A DNA stretch of 55,166 nt from Catajapyx aquilonaris (Eukaryota). Positions 1-12,873 of the stretch are shown here, piece by piece. The first letter of the stretch is position 1; every line of letters starts with the position of its first letter. The stretch spans positions 62,001 through 117,166 of the forward strand of contig KZ538160.1 of assembly GCA_000934665.2 (NCBI GenBank). The letters are read 5' to 3'. Below the pieces are notes generated by a model. The model was not told the DNA's origin. It saw only the letters and a list, made by a program, of their open reading frames with translations, and did not search any database. The position numbers were made by a program, and so were the translations under genes.

Positions 1-1028
1 AGACCCTCCCTTCTTCCCTCCCTAACCCATCTTCTCTTCCTTCCCCCCCCCCCCCCCCCTCCCNCCCAACAGTGGCTTCTTCTTTCTCGTGGAGGAGAAT
101 CCCCTCCTTTTCATGCTCGGCCGAATTTTTGCTGAAGAGAGACTTCTTGGAGGAGTTTAATTCCCGGAAAGTCAATTTGAATGCGCCAGTGACCAAAGAC
201 AAAAGCCTCGAACGCCCTTCCTTGCTGCAGAACCAACCGGATTAAAAGGCACAATGCAGGACCCGGAAGGAGGGAGGAGGGGGAAGGAGGAGGAGGTTTA
301 GATAGGGGGCAGCTAGTGGGTAGGGGGTAGGAAGGGGTGCATGCATCCATGACTAGAAAACTCCGTCTTGTATTTATAGAGAGGATTAGTTACTCAAATT
401 TTATTTCCTTAGATAAAGTACGGGGGGAATCCGGAGGCTTCATTAGCATAGCAATCAGATTACGTCAGGGCGGGAGGAGCAGGAGGGAGTCTAGTGGGAG
501 GAGGTAGGTAGCGGGTGGTAGGTAAGGTTGGAAAAGTACTCTTAGGAATCCAAGTCAGGCCCAAGTTTGCGTGCCCGTGGGAAGGATTCGCTTTCGGCAT
601 ACACTCACTACGTCAGATTCCGGGTTTCCCAAGTCTCCGGAGGATCCGTATAGTGGCTTTAGCCCCATGCATTAAAGCCTACGTTCGCTACTTTCACTAC
701 TCACGCGCGCATACGCAGCTGCAACATATACGTGCAACAGAGGTAAATAATGCATGCTGATAGTACTCACTGCATATCCTATTACCAGACTGACGTATAC
801 TGAATCTCATAAAACGGGTCCCTTTAGATTTGCCTAGGTCATGCTCGTATAGTATTACGCCTAGCTATAGAATCGTATAGTAGCCATCCCTGAGGTGTCC
901 TTCTGTAAGCAAAACAAGCTGCTCCACTCCTTAAACTGGAAAACGTTATTGTTACCGTAAAGCTTTAAATGCGTAGCCGATATCCGTAGTAAAGTTGTGG
1001 AAAGTTATAGTCCACTTCTTTGCTACTA

Positions 1029-1044
1029 TAGCGCCATCTGGCTA
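1029..1044 (-). promoter_or_regulatory. CTCF-like motif
   Basis: Minus strand reads TAGCCAGATGGCGCTA, matching the CTCF core AGRKGGCRS. Motif match only. Confidence 0.3.
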
Positions 1045-4000
1045 ATTTTTGTGCGTGTTAGTGTACCATTCACATTGCAGCAACGTTTGTCACATCAGCA
1101 TCATCTCAACCAACTGATAAATGTCTGTGTCGCGCCCTGTATAAGAGCAGGTAGGTGGAAGAGGGGTTGGGAAGGAGGGGAGCCTAGTTAGTGCAGTACA
1201 TCAAGGGGAACAAGGCGGATGAGTTTCCGGTTGCCAACCTCCTCCGACTCATAATTCTTCTTTCCAGGGGAGGGGGAACGGACGCCGGCTATTTTATTAC
1301 GGAGCTATATTGGCAAAGGGGACGTATAGGAGCTGGAGTTTACTCATCAGCACACTGGGGAAGGAATGAGACCCAAGGGAGGTCCTTACACCACTCCTCC
1401 GGGCTCATCCCAACAATTCTATGCGTCTCGTGCCCAACATTCATTAAATACTTATTCAGCCTGTCCACTTGTCTCGCCAGCATGCAGAGAGCGCCAGCTA
1501 TATATTGTTACCAGACGCTGTACTGCCTTTGGACACAAGAAAAATAACCGTGAATGCTGGAGGGACAGTGATTGCAACGAGAAGAAGCTTGAATCCATTC
1601 CGCCATGTAGCATCCCTTCTTCTTTTTTTTTTTATCTGCCGCTATAGTCCCTCAGGCCAGCTTGCGCTTGCAAAAGCCGCTTTGTTTCTTTCCAAATCCT
1701 CTCTTTCAAATAAATAAAAAAAGGCAGCTTACATTTCGTCCGCGTATAACAGTACGGGGGGAGGATGAGAGGAGAAGGATTCGCGTATAGTCACGGAGTC
1801 AAATCAATACGAATGTTTCTGTTTCTCTTCTAGCGAATTATTAGGTTTACACTACACTGTGAGCCACTCAGATGAGTTTCTCAGGTAGTTTTTTTTAAAC
1901 AAATACCTTGTATGATTGGGCTTTATTTGTTGGAAAAATTGCAGTGTCACAGGATTGCTTCTTTTGAATAAGTCAAAAAGCCTTTCAGTGCTAATGAGAA
2001 TCATCTAATTAAATCGGAATTTACTAGCAGTCTCCTTAATTAACCTGCACTGTACACCGCTAGCCATGGAAATTTTAATGGACTGCGGCTATTGCTCACA
2101 TACCAACTGTTACAACTTTCAACTGTGCAAAGGTGAGTGAGTTAGCCAGTCAACCTTACGCAAACAGTGTTGCGAATAAATGCGGGATAAAATTCCTGAG
2201 CCAAACTACCAGATTTAGTTGCCATCAGAGAGGCATCAGAATTTGGAAGATTTTTTTTTTTTTTGCAACGACTCCTCTCCAAGTTCCATATATTCATGCC
2301 AAGTTGCCGTAAGGAATGTATACGTTGGTTGACTGCATGCGGAAGGTTCCGCCAACCCTTAGTCGTTGTCAGCCGCTGTAGACTGAATTTTCACCAGTGG
2401 CTTGCAACCGTGCAAAGACATTTTCCAGTGACAGAAATCGGAAACTGCCCCGTGCTCTTTATGTACTCGTGAATTGAGGAGATATTGAGTCAAACATTCG
2501 GGACTCATTGAAAACTGTATGTCTATGAATTTCGGATAAGCAAATAAAGCGACCGCAGTGAGAATAAAATCATTAGAATGGGGAATATATTAGGTTTTAA
2601 AGTTATTAAAGGTTTATAATCCCGATTATTAATTATTTTCTACACACCGCACCAGCTTTGTTTGACTATCTGAAAATTTATAATGTAATTAATTATGATG
2701 ATACTCTGAGAACTTGAATAAGCCCATTCTAGCACTCTTCATGCAACACTAGCTTACTACGTTAGAATATGCATATGTATTACAGTCATATGGAAAAGGG
2801 GCATAATTAGCCGTGGTGAAGGACCCATTTTGCGGTTTGAATAAACCTAGAGTCAAAGCCATCCCTTGGTCAGTTATATAACACTGTATGAGAAGATTAC
2901 CTGTAAATATCCTGTAGACATCATTAAAATGAACTAAACACATAAAGCTATTACTGTACAAGAACAAACCATTTTCAGTGTTTAGCAAACGTACTACTAA
3001 TTAATATTATTACTGTACGAAATATTGGGTAAATGCGCACATCACTCGTCTTTTATGCAATGTGTAGATTCACTTCACCATTTGATGAACATCTTCATCT
3101 GTTTATGATTTTTTGACTTCATTTCTTTACCCTCACCATCCTCCCTGCTCGTCTGTTTACGTGAGGCAGCGGTATACCCAAAAGACCAATAAAATAAGCT
3201 ACGGGAGAACGCTTCTGGGGTTTGGTTTGGAGAGTCATAACGTCTGATCTATTCCATTTCAAAGGCTACCCCTCGTGATATACACCCTACTGTTGTAGTC
3301 TGCATATGGCACACCCTATACCCTAAGATTTGACTTCATCCCCTCCCCCCTTTTTTTATATAAAAAAAACATCAAACTCCAAATGTAAATTCCCCTCAGA
3401 AACAAGTTCCTAATATTTGATCTACAAGAGTCTCGTGCTAAGACTCGACTTTTTTTTATATTTAGCGGAGCAGAAAAAAAAGGCGCCCTCAATTTTTTCC
3501 GGAGAAAGTATGATTAGAATCAAGAGCCTAGAGATTTTCTCCAGGATAACAGAATTATAATTCGATACCTGAGAGAGACTGACTCGATCGTGACTGTCAA
3601 GTTAATGAAAACGTTGTAAAGGAGGTTTCATTATCGGGAAAGGAAAAGGATACGGAATGTTTAACAAAGTTTAACCCATTCAAACTTTTTTGCTGGTAGT
3701 ATATACGTATATATTTTTTTATATTTCTACCGATGGGAATCAATGCCAGGGATATGACATTGCATATTGATTTATTTGGATGCGCTTATCGGAGGGCAAT
3801 GAATCCTCTGGCTGCCATATCGGGCCTTCCCTCTACTCATAAATTAGTAAAGCTACTCTTTATTTATTGATCCAATTCGAACTCACGTCAGAGCAGGATT
3901 TAAAATTAACATTACTGCCCCTCGGGAATTTTAAATTTTCGTCGTTACTTTATAAGACGGATTAAGTTTTCAGCGAAAAAAAAAATCGGACCTTTACAGT

Positions 4001-6787
4001 GCTACTTACTTAGTTAGAGTAAGTACACAAAAGAGCAGGATCAACGTGAATATTTTAATGGTTCGCCGAGTGAACTGCCGATGAAATTAGATTAATAAAA
4101 TGAGCTACACCTATACACTACTTGTGTCAGGATTTTCTTAAGAATGTGATGAGGTAAGATCGTTGGAGGTTGAGCTGGAGTGTGCTTAGCAGATACAGTG
4201 AAATGGACATTTTCTGCAAAGAGGCACCATAAAAGGGTGCGAATTGCGACGTAAGAGGTGTCCCAAGAGTTCACATTAAGCAAGGAAAATGTTATTGGTT
4301 AACAACAGAACTGGCAGTTATGAACCCTTAGGGAAAACGCTTCCAAATTTTCCCCATCCAATTATCATATTCCTTCATTAGCTTTTTAGTCATGCACACA
4401 AAAAGGCGATTTGCGATGCCCCGATTCATACACAGCACAACAAAGCTGAAGCCCTTTATCGGATAAAATCTGACTGGCAAAGAACAGCATGAAGAGATTT
4501 CAAATAGCAAAATGCTTGAAAGAAATGGCGTGGCCATGATAATTTATAATATTGTAGGGATGGTTCGGAGGAAAGGCATGGACTTGACAAGCGCATTAGC
4601 CTTTTGCAGATGTGAACTTCTTTAGAGGCTGGCCTGACAGGTCGGCAGGGTTGCCATTAATAACCGCCAGAGGGGGGATGAGAGCAAGGGGTGGGATGTT
4701 TGGTGTTGTGCTTGCAGCCTCAATGCATCAAGCTTTCCTTGGCTGCATGTGCACACAGTCCGATGGGCCGTCACGTGTTTGCCAACCGCCCCTTTATTTC
4801 CCGCCTCTTGGGTGATTAATGACGTCACTGGAGACCTTTGCTGAAAAAAGAAGAAGATTCCTCCACTCTTTTGAGCCTGAGGTTTTAAGTGCTTAGGTCG
4901 TGGCCACCAAGAATATATATAAAAAAGGGGGGAAGCGATCCAAGTCATTCAAGGCTTTGGGGAGAAACCCGATCACGGTCGTGTTCAGCTCTGTTAAATC
5001 GTACTCCTTCTGTCCACTACAGAAAAAAGCCGATAAAGGAGTCATTAATTTAGGTACAAAAAGTAGGCATCCCTTCTTCTTCGTCGAGAATGCCCTGCCA
5101 TCTTGATCGGTATGGAAGTCCACAAGGGACACCCCTACTACTCTTTCACAAAGACTTATTCTTTGAGGGGACGGGGGACACTTGGCCTTACTGCTGGAGT
5201 GATTATTCTCAGAGTGAAAGTCATTACTTGCCTCAGTGTATTCCCTTGTGTTCATGTATGCCCCAAAAGGGTTTAAATATTATGGATGTCTGGACCTATG
5301 CCAAAAAAAGGCGAGTGATATATAGATCTAATGCTGTTAAAAAGAAGACCTCCAACGTGTTCACTAACAAACCAATCATACCTGTGATTTTAATAAGTCT
5401 CCTGCTGGCTCTCCATACACTCCTGCTAGACAAATAAATCAGGTAGCAATACAACGTAAAAGTCTCTCGGAAAAAGATATGGGTCATGGTCTGAGTGCTC
5501 AAAGGTGCCCCACTTGAACTGTTTGAAACGTTAAAGGAATGCCCGCGTCTAAAATTCTGTTTGCAAACATTCTCGAGAATTATTCTCCAAGACGTCGTTG
5601 AACATTTTCCGAACCATTCATACTTCAGACAATGGTCAATAACTTGCAACGAGTGACCTTAATTTGTTTCGCCATTTTCAGGAAAAAATTTGGCAGACGA
5701 GAATATAAGGAGTGTTCAGAAGACGAAGGGATAGGCTTCAAAAATGCTTCAGTCGACACAGCGTTTGTGTGCCGAAATCATGTGACATCATAATTATTAT
5801 GGCTGTGATAGATTTTGTGGACAAGTAGTTGTAAAGAAATGTTACTTTTGGAATGCAATCGCCCTTTATTTTGTGCATCAATCACACATTTCTCATATGA
5901 ACCTGCGGAATAACTGAAGCTGTTGTAATTTTGGAGTTATGAAGAGTGTTGCAAGCTTCAATCTTTTATTTAATTTGTATGTATTCTGACGGTATAACAT
6001 CGCCGAACATTTCCCCCAGTATTTGTATTGATTCAAGGACTCATTTAGGAACACACGCAATATGAGAAATATCTAATTCATCAACTGCTATTGGCAAAAT
6101 GAATTGGTTTTTCAGGCTGAAGAGTGTGCTGGATTAGTACATAGCCTTAGACACTACTATGATTGTGGTCAAGTACGAGTAGAAACGTATTAAATGTGGT
6201 ACACTGTTATGTTCCGTTTGTGACCTCATTACAGCCTACCGCCGAAGTAGATTCTATCGAAAAGTGCAGGGGGGAAAGAAAGGAGAAAGCCTGTCACTTC
6301 GGGGCTTCCAGCATAGTGAGGTGAACATATTTCCAACTTACCTATGCCGCAGTACTGTACAGTAGCTAGAATTCTCTAAAAATAGACCGCCGCATGATTC
6401 AACCTGGACTGATGTGATATACCGTTCTATACTAGGCCTATATTTTAATTTGAAATGTAAAGAGCTCCTAACGTGCCAAACCCCTCTTGGTGGAGCTAAG
6501 AAAAATAAACAGACATTCCCTTTGTTCCCATGAAATTCCATTAAAAGCGGATAACGCTTGTTTTTTCTTCCGCTGAAAATTGACGACTGGCGGAAACTCA
6601 AGTGGATGTTAGAGACAAAAAAATAAGCGTGCGTTACATGGGCCTCACAGCAGTGGCCCTTTCCAGAACATGTTTAAATATTGTTGCTTGTAATACAAGT
6701 TTGCATGGTTTCTGAAATCGAATTGTAACTTTCTCTCCTATAGCTTCAAATGTATTGTGACTTGGAGTGCATGCATTACTCTTTTAA

Positions 6788-7393
6788 GGAAATTATTCAG
6801 GATTGTTTTTTACAGCCAAATATAAGTGGAAGTTGGTCCTAATAATGCAAGCAAAGAAGTGAAACTCAAGTCTCTCCTATACCTATTCTGGGATTTCGGA
6901 AATCCTCATTTTAACTTTTCAGTGCTGCAATTTTCTGATATAAAATCGTCACAGAAGTAATCTTAGATGATTCTTATTGAATTTTTCTGACACTGTTAAA
7001 TAACCCCTGTATTTTACAGTTGCAAAATGTTCACTAAAAGTACTACTTGATATAATAAATTATTTTGCTAACGTTCCTTCAAGTAGGGGAAAAAACGGGG
7101 AATGATTTTGGACATATCAACTTTACTAATTCTAGTTTTAGTGAAGGGTTGATCGTTGATCCTTTTAAAAATCAGCCATCATTGCCAAAAAGTGAAACAA
7201 AAAGTATTTAAAAATCTTAGGGTCTTCTATAGAGATTTTAAACCGGGAACGTTTCTTTCCTCAGCACTTTAGGCTAGGTAGAACCAAACTTAGTTTCACT
7301 TTTTCATCGTACAATATTAAGAACACCTGCTAAACATATAGTGGAGGTCCAAAGAGAAACCATCCTGAAAGGGATCTATTCTAGTTTGTCGCC
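6788..7393. mobile_element. Old non-autonomous DNA transposon, Kolobok-like (TTAA TSD, GG...CC ends)
   Basis: TTAA at 6784-6787 and 7394-7397 flanks GG...CC ends. Degenerate long inverted arms are visible: ttcaggat.gttt / aaac.atcctgaa and aagtgaaact.aagt / acttagtttcactt. Confidence 0.45.
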
Positions 7394-7478
7394 TTAAGTT
7401 ATTCGGATATAACATTGTTTTATATCCTGTTTCTCTCATTAAATGGTTCGTAATTTTTCCGCAATATCAAGCATTGCG

Positions 7479-7531
<53 letters not shown>
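7479..7531. repeat. (ATT)n microsatellite
   Basis: About 17 uninterrupted ATT units. Confidence 0.95.
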
Positions 7532-10500
7532 GCCATATTAATATCGGGTCCAAATTCAAGATACAAGAAACTGTCATGGAGGCTTTAGCAGTATCCTGAT
7601 CAACAAACTCCACTCTACCTCAACACACACAGGCATCTCATACCTCGCACACAAGAACAGCTTACCCTGCCTGGATCAGTTTTTGTCTTTTTTTTGAAGC
7701 GGAACTTGCATATTGACTGACTTTTAATTTATAATATCTCGCGTGCTTTGAAGGTGTAACGCCAAAAGCCTCTTAATATCAGTTTTCCATTTCTCTTTCC
7801 CTCTAAGAATATTATGGATAATACCTTACCAGGGAAGATTTTAACGCTCCTTTTTAAAGCGAATAATGCAGAAGCATAGGAGGACAATCACCTAATGCAG
7901 ACCCCTCCCCTTAATGCGGATCCCTGGCTTATTTTGCCAACTAGGTGATGCAGACTAAATGCGTGACGGACAAAAGGTTCATATAAAGACGGCGCGAAGT
8001 AGTGTAATCGCAATCACATAGTTAGCATTGTTCAGTAGTGAGTGGTGTGTTGACTTCTATTTTAGCGATTTGTGAAATTGTTGCAACCTTTCTTAAAACC
8101 TTTCTTTAAAACACTATGATAGTGTTTGCTATGCTTAAGATGGTCAAATCATGGAGCAGTTTTTCCCTCCCATAAGCTCAATTTTAAGCACGAATGATTA
8201 TTATTAAAGCTCACACCATCCTAATATACGACCACACTCTGAACAAGAGAGGTGTTAAGGTTGCCTACAAGGTCAGGATATCTCAACCCAGACGGTCTGT
8301 GACAGTTGCAGACCCAGCATGTGACGTCAGGGCATCCCACCAGAGGCGCTTCAAGCAAACAATGGCGTTTTCCAATGGGGCTTTTGGACCCACCTATCAG
8401 GATGGGGGAAGAAGCATCTGCGTCCTCTGCCACCGCGATGATAAATGGCCCAGCAGCTTACAAGCTTTTTACTCAAACCAACCCCCGCTCTCCTTTTTTT
8501 TCGGCCAGGGGTGGGAGGAAAGGGGGGCTCATAACGCCTGGTGAAAAATGTTCCCCCCGCCGCCTTGTGGGGATTACAGCAAAGGAACCGACTGCACAAT
8601 GAAACTTCCCCGCCTTTTTCTGCTCCCCCCCCCCTTCCCCTTCTCCTTCTTCCCCCGCCTTTATATTTCAATTTTGATGCGAGACATATTCGGGTATCCG
8701 CTGTGGGGATCACTCCCTCAAGCGAGAGCTGTAAGAGAGAGAGAGAAAAAAAATGGAACATCTTGCACCAACTATTTGCCTCCGATTTTCTAGGGTCAAC
8801 ACCAAGGGACCTCAAGAATAATTGTGGCTATATCTAGCCAAAAAGCGAAAATTCTCAACTCCTATTTTACTCAGAGAGAAAAGCCATAAAGCTTTCATGA
8901 GTTTCGGAACATGAGAGACGGTTGCATGATTAATTGCCCCCCCCCCCCCCTAAAAAAAATACGAAACTCAAAGCTCGCTGAATTTTAAATGGGATGCATA
9001 AGAGCGTGACAATGACATAATGAACATCTGACCACATTTCAGATTGGACGCGTTTCTCAATTGGCCGCAAGTATCAAATATTAAAAACTGGCCCGGTTCA
9101 AAAATCTGATAAATAATTTCCTTCCCACATTCCATGCCTGACCTTATTCGGCCAAAATCCCTGCTTGCACGAACCCCCTTGGGTGTCACCTTTACTGCAC
9201 TGTACTTGTCCTCTAGCAGTGCTTTATCTACCTAAGTGCCACACAAGGAGTAGAAACAATGACACGATTATATACAAGACACTCTCGAAATGCTACAAAT
9301 GTGCGCAAAGTACATCTCCAAAGAGTGAAGTTTACATGCTGGGGGCTACAAATCCATGATTTCTCCCTATCCTTCCTTCACACCCTACTAGATCCCACCC
9401 TCTAGCATTCAAAATTAGCCAAAGTGAAAAGTTTGCCCTGGAGGAGGCTTTCATTCCACCTACCTGCCCCCGCCTACTCCCTTCGTATTTTACACTCTTG
9501 GCTGAAACCTGCTCATGCAAAGCGGCGTTCAATTCGCCCCTGGAGAAACTTTGATCCCAATAGCACAGGCGCATAATGAAGCCAGCCAACATGGCCTTTT
9601 TTTACCATCCTCTAGTGCTCTTTCCCTCAGGAAAAAAAAAGAGCTACGTTCATTTGTTTTGAAGCTTCCCACATTTTCTTTCTTGTGTCCACAATTTATA
9701 TTATTTGTTCCTCTTTTTTTTGTGTTTTGGCTGAAGCTTGCCACCCCCCTAGCCCCTAGAGCTGGTTTGGGTGCTTGCCATTACTGAAACGGTCGTTTGT
9801 GAACATGTTCCTGATTGTCTCGGGGACTCCACCGAAACGGGTCCCTGTTCTTAATACAAACAAAGAGGGAGGAAAATGGAGGGTGGTATCTTTTTAGTGG
9901 AGTCTTGAAGTGGTTTCCATCAAGTGGGGGTATTTTGTCCCAAGTGGCCACAAAAGGAGCGCACCGGAAGCTCCATTGTTCTGCGCACAAACAAGTCGGA
10001 CTGTTGTCAGTAGTTTTGGCGGATGGACTGACGGACCGGGGGACTAGGCAGGAAAAAGGGTGGGGGGTAGCGGTGGGTATGCTTTCTCTTGGAGGTTCCG
10101 AGTGAGTCTAGTGCATGCCGGACTAATTTCCCAGCAGAAGAAGGCTTGAAAAATGGAGCCGAACGGCGTTCTAATCCCCTCAAGCCGTTTCTGAAGATTT
10201 TCGGCTGCGAACCGAGATATCTGGACCCAGCCATTTCCTGGCCAGGAGGAAGACCATCCATTAGAGAGAGGGCTGGCTGGCTGCTGTTCCACAAGAACGA
10301 AGGAAAGAAAAGGATGGGGTGGGTGGGAGTTGCTACCACCACCGGCATCCCCCACCCACCAAACTCGCTCCACACCAACCCAGGCTCTCACCCACCCCCA
10401 TGGTTCAATTTTTCCTCCTTCCACTCCAACAGTTTTCTTTGAGCTCAAGACTGTGATAGATGTACAGCGTTTTCTGTGTGGACGCTGATGGCGCTCGTAA

Positions 10501-11261
10501 TTGACGCTGAGGAAGCCTCTTTCCAAACACATTTCTCCCCCCCCCCCTCCTTGCACCACCCCCGCCATCTTCAAGCCCTCAAAAAGTTGCAGTTCTTTTC
10601 AACTGACACTGCTTCAGCTGAAGCACGTGAGAGATTCTGGATGGTTCCTACAATGCTTCTGATGGGTATACACTGTGCATGAATTGCCTTGGTATATGAC
10701 ATAATCGTTAGAACCTTGACCTGAAGCAATGCACCACCATGTATCGCTCACAAATTCAAAATAAGATGGGATAGTATGTAGAGACACGCCCTGAATTTCA
10801 AAATCATGCAAACATGCCATATAATTAGTTTCTTACTGCATGATGCGGTACTTTCACGTCGGGACGCTTGGTCCGCAATAAAACCCACTCTTCCAGCGCA
10901 TGTTGAATACCAAATGGAACGTAAAACGTGTTATGAAGCTTTGTCGGGTATTTTTTTCCATATTCCATCATGCGCAAACTAACCGCCTCTAGCGAAAGAA
11001 CAGCAACCAACAGCATCATTCTATTAACATTTTGGACGGTACATTTTTATTGATTAGACTCGGTTACTCTTTAACTACTTTTCGAAACGTAATGTTTGCC
11101 CCGGCGGTAGTTTCGTGCACAACACAATTGCACTAAATAACGCTTCGACAAACCCTAAAGCAAAAATTGTGAATTCTTACTACGTACACACAGTTAAGCG
11201 TAGTTGACCACCCTGGCACCTTGGGTAGTCAACGCACCAGCCATGCTTGTCAACTGAGGGA

Positions 11262-11281
11262 TGTGTGTGTGTGTGTGTGTG
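11262..11281. repeat. (TG)10 microsatellite followed by a G tract
   Basis: Read directly from the sequence. Confidence 0.9.
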
Positions 11282-11328
11282 GGGGAGGGGGGGGGGGTGA
11301 CAACCCTTATTTTTGTCACATTTGACCT

Positions 11329-11493
11329 GGAGGCGTATACTCATCTAGGTCACTCGCAATCGACAAAGTCGATTGACGTCAAAATGACGACGTCGCCAAT
11401 TCTCCTCGCCCTGCCCTGGTCATCATTGCCGACGTCAATTTGACGTCAATCGACTTTGTCGATTGCGAGTGACCTGCATGAGTACACGCCTCC
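11329..11493. mobile_element. Palindromic MITE (~165 bp), superfamily unassigned
   Basis: Arm ggaggcgtatactcatctaggtcactcgcaatcgacaaagtcgattgacgtcaaa is mirrored by tttgacgtcaatcgactttgtcgattgcgagtgacctgcatgagtacacgcctcc. No clean TSD. Confidence 0.8.
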
Positions 11494-11562
11494 TGAACAC
11501 CTAGCAACTCGCTGTAAAAGACATAACAAACAGTTTGGAATACTCCAAGTTCATGAATCATA

Positions 11563-11719
11563 TCCGTTAAACGAAAGAACGATCTGATGTCACGTTCAGC
11601 CCCGCCTCCGCCCGTATCTTCCATCCAATCATGTCCTCAAATCGCTCTAAAAGCATACTACTGCGCATTCTCAGAAAACACGGCTGGTGTGACGTCAGAT
11701 CGTTCTTTCGCTTAACGGA
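11563..11719. mobile_element. MITE with ~31-bp TIRs
   Basis: tccgttaaacgaaagaacgatctgatgtcac (11563-11593) vs gtgacgtcagatcgttctttcgcttaacgga (11689-11719), 2 mismatches. Confidence 0.75.
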
Positions 11720-11824
11720 CTGTAGATCACAACCCTGCTCTCCTGAAAATTTACACTTTTGAGGGTTGTCACGTTTTTCCTCCACACCTCTCAACTGATC
11801 ATCCATGCTGGTCAATTGAACCCG

Positions 11825-12090
11825 GAACCCGAAAATCGAAAAAAAGTCTTATAGCACGGCTCTGTCTCTCTGATACCTGTCCAAAGACAGACAGAGCCGT
11901 TCTATAAGACGTTTTTTTCGATTTTCGGGTTCACTCTATCCGCCCGTTCCCCCTGGCTGCCCCCTACCCCTGACCGCCCATTCACCCCAGACCGTCCCTT
12001 TCCCCCCCTCCCTCCTCCTACTCCCTAATACCTGATACCTGTCCACAGACGGACGGACGGACAGAGCCGTGCTATAATACTTTTTTTCGA
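11825..12090 (-). mobile_element. Repeat with an inverted arm pair and a (GTCC/GTCT)n microsatellite; resembles DINE-1/HINE Helentron-associated elements
   Basis: Inverted arms at 11825-11867 and 11890-11932. A third copy of the arm at ~12031-12090 contains gacggacggacggacag. A C-rich spacer lies at 11940-12025. The family call is inferred from the GTCY microsatellite. Confidence 0.45.
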
Positions 12091-12309
12091 TGGATAAGTA
12101 AAGGTCTAAAACATGGGTTTGCTAGGATAGATTTTTCAGTGATTTTTTCAACAGATCCTGGGGGCTCAGTATTCAACTTCCTCAGGCAGCCGCCAGGTGG
12201 CCGGAGGAGGTGTGGGCTGTACTGGAGGGGCAGGGGGATAGCAGCTTGCCTACTGTGACCTTTATTTCTCGGATTACCGTTCGTCGTAGAAAAAAACCCA
12301 TGGTATCAC

Positions 12310-12372
12310 CGGAATCAGGATTTTTTTGCCTGATTTTTAGAGTCCAACTTGTATTTTGAGTGGACTGTCCCT
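12310..12372 (-). mobile_element. Single Kolobok-like terminus
   Basis: Minus strand reads TTAA-AGGGACAGTCCACTCAAAAT, typical of TTAA-TSD Kolobok ends. No partner end found. Confidence 0.3.
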
Positions 12373-12546
12373 TTAAAGAAGAAATGGACGGTCTGGGGGT
12401 AGGGGGGGAGGGGGAAAAGGGTAAGTCCCCTTTTGGCCGAAAATGAGTTATGGGTGGTTTCAGTCCCAGTCCCGTGACGGACGTTGGGAACAATAGCAGT
12501 AAACATGAAAAAGTCTACTTTAATCACGCTCATTTTTGCCAGTCTT

Positions 12547-12873
12547 ATTTTATTTTATTTTGGTACCCCGTGATAGGGCCATAGGCCCTCTTAGGGGAGT
12601 GGAATACCACCATTCGGTGCAGGGGACAGGATAGGGATAATGAGGGGGGGTGTATGTGCAATGTCTCAAATTGGGGGTCGTGTGCAGTCCCTCAGGGGGT
12701 CCGTTCGCCAAGATGATCCCCTAGATACGGGTCAGAAAGACAGAAACCCCCACCGACACCGCACCTCCTCATGGACGGGACAAGGATAGGAAAGGAAGAA
12801 AGCGGCTGTGGCCTATTATTTAGGAAGCAATCCTGGAATTCTCCTGGGGGGGGATCGTGGTAAACCACGGTCA
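12547..12873 (-). mobile_element. 5'-truncated SINE, variant subfamily (shared core, different body, (AAAAT)n tail)
   Basis: 12785-12870 closely matches, in reverse complement, the core of the SINE at 22399-22744. TSD atttttgccagtctt (12532-12546) / atttttgtcaatctt (12874-12888), 13 of 15 matching. Tail at 12547-12561. Confidence 0.8.

Noticed and set aside
265..340. G-rich tract with G-quadruplex potential (also C tracts at 1-70 and 11940-12025)
   Set aside because: G/C homopolymer tracts are common throughout the window, and nothing singles these out.
793..805. 13-nt match ACGTATACTGAAT to the 5' part of miR-iab-4
   Set aside because: The rest of the mature sequence differs, and no complementary arm or precursor hairpin is present.
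10044..10574. 176-aa ORF and overlapping ORFs
   Set aside because: Low-complexity G/C-tract translation with no domain similarity.
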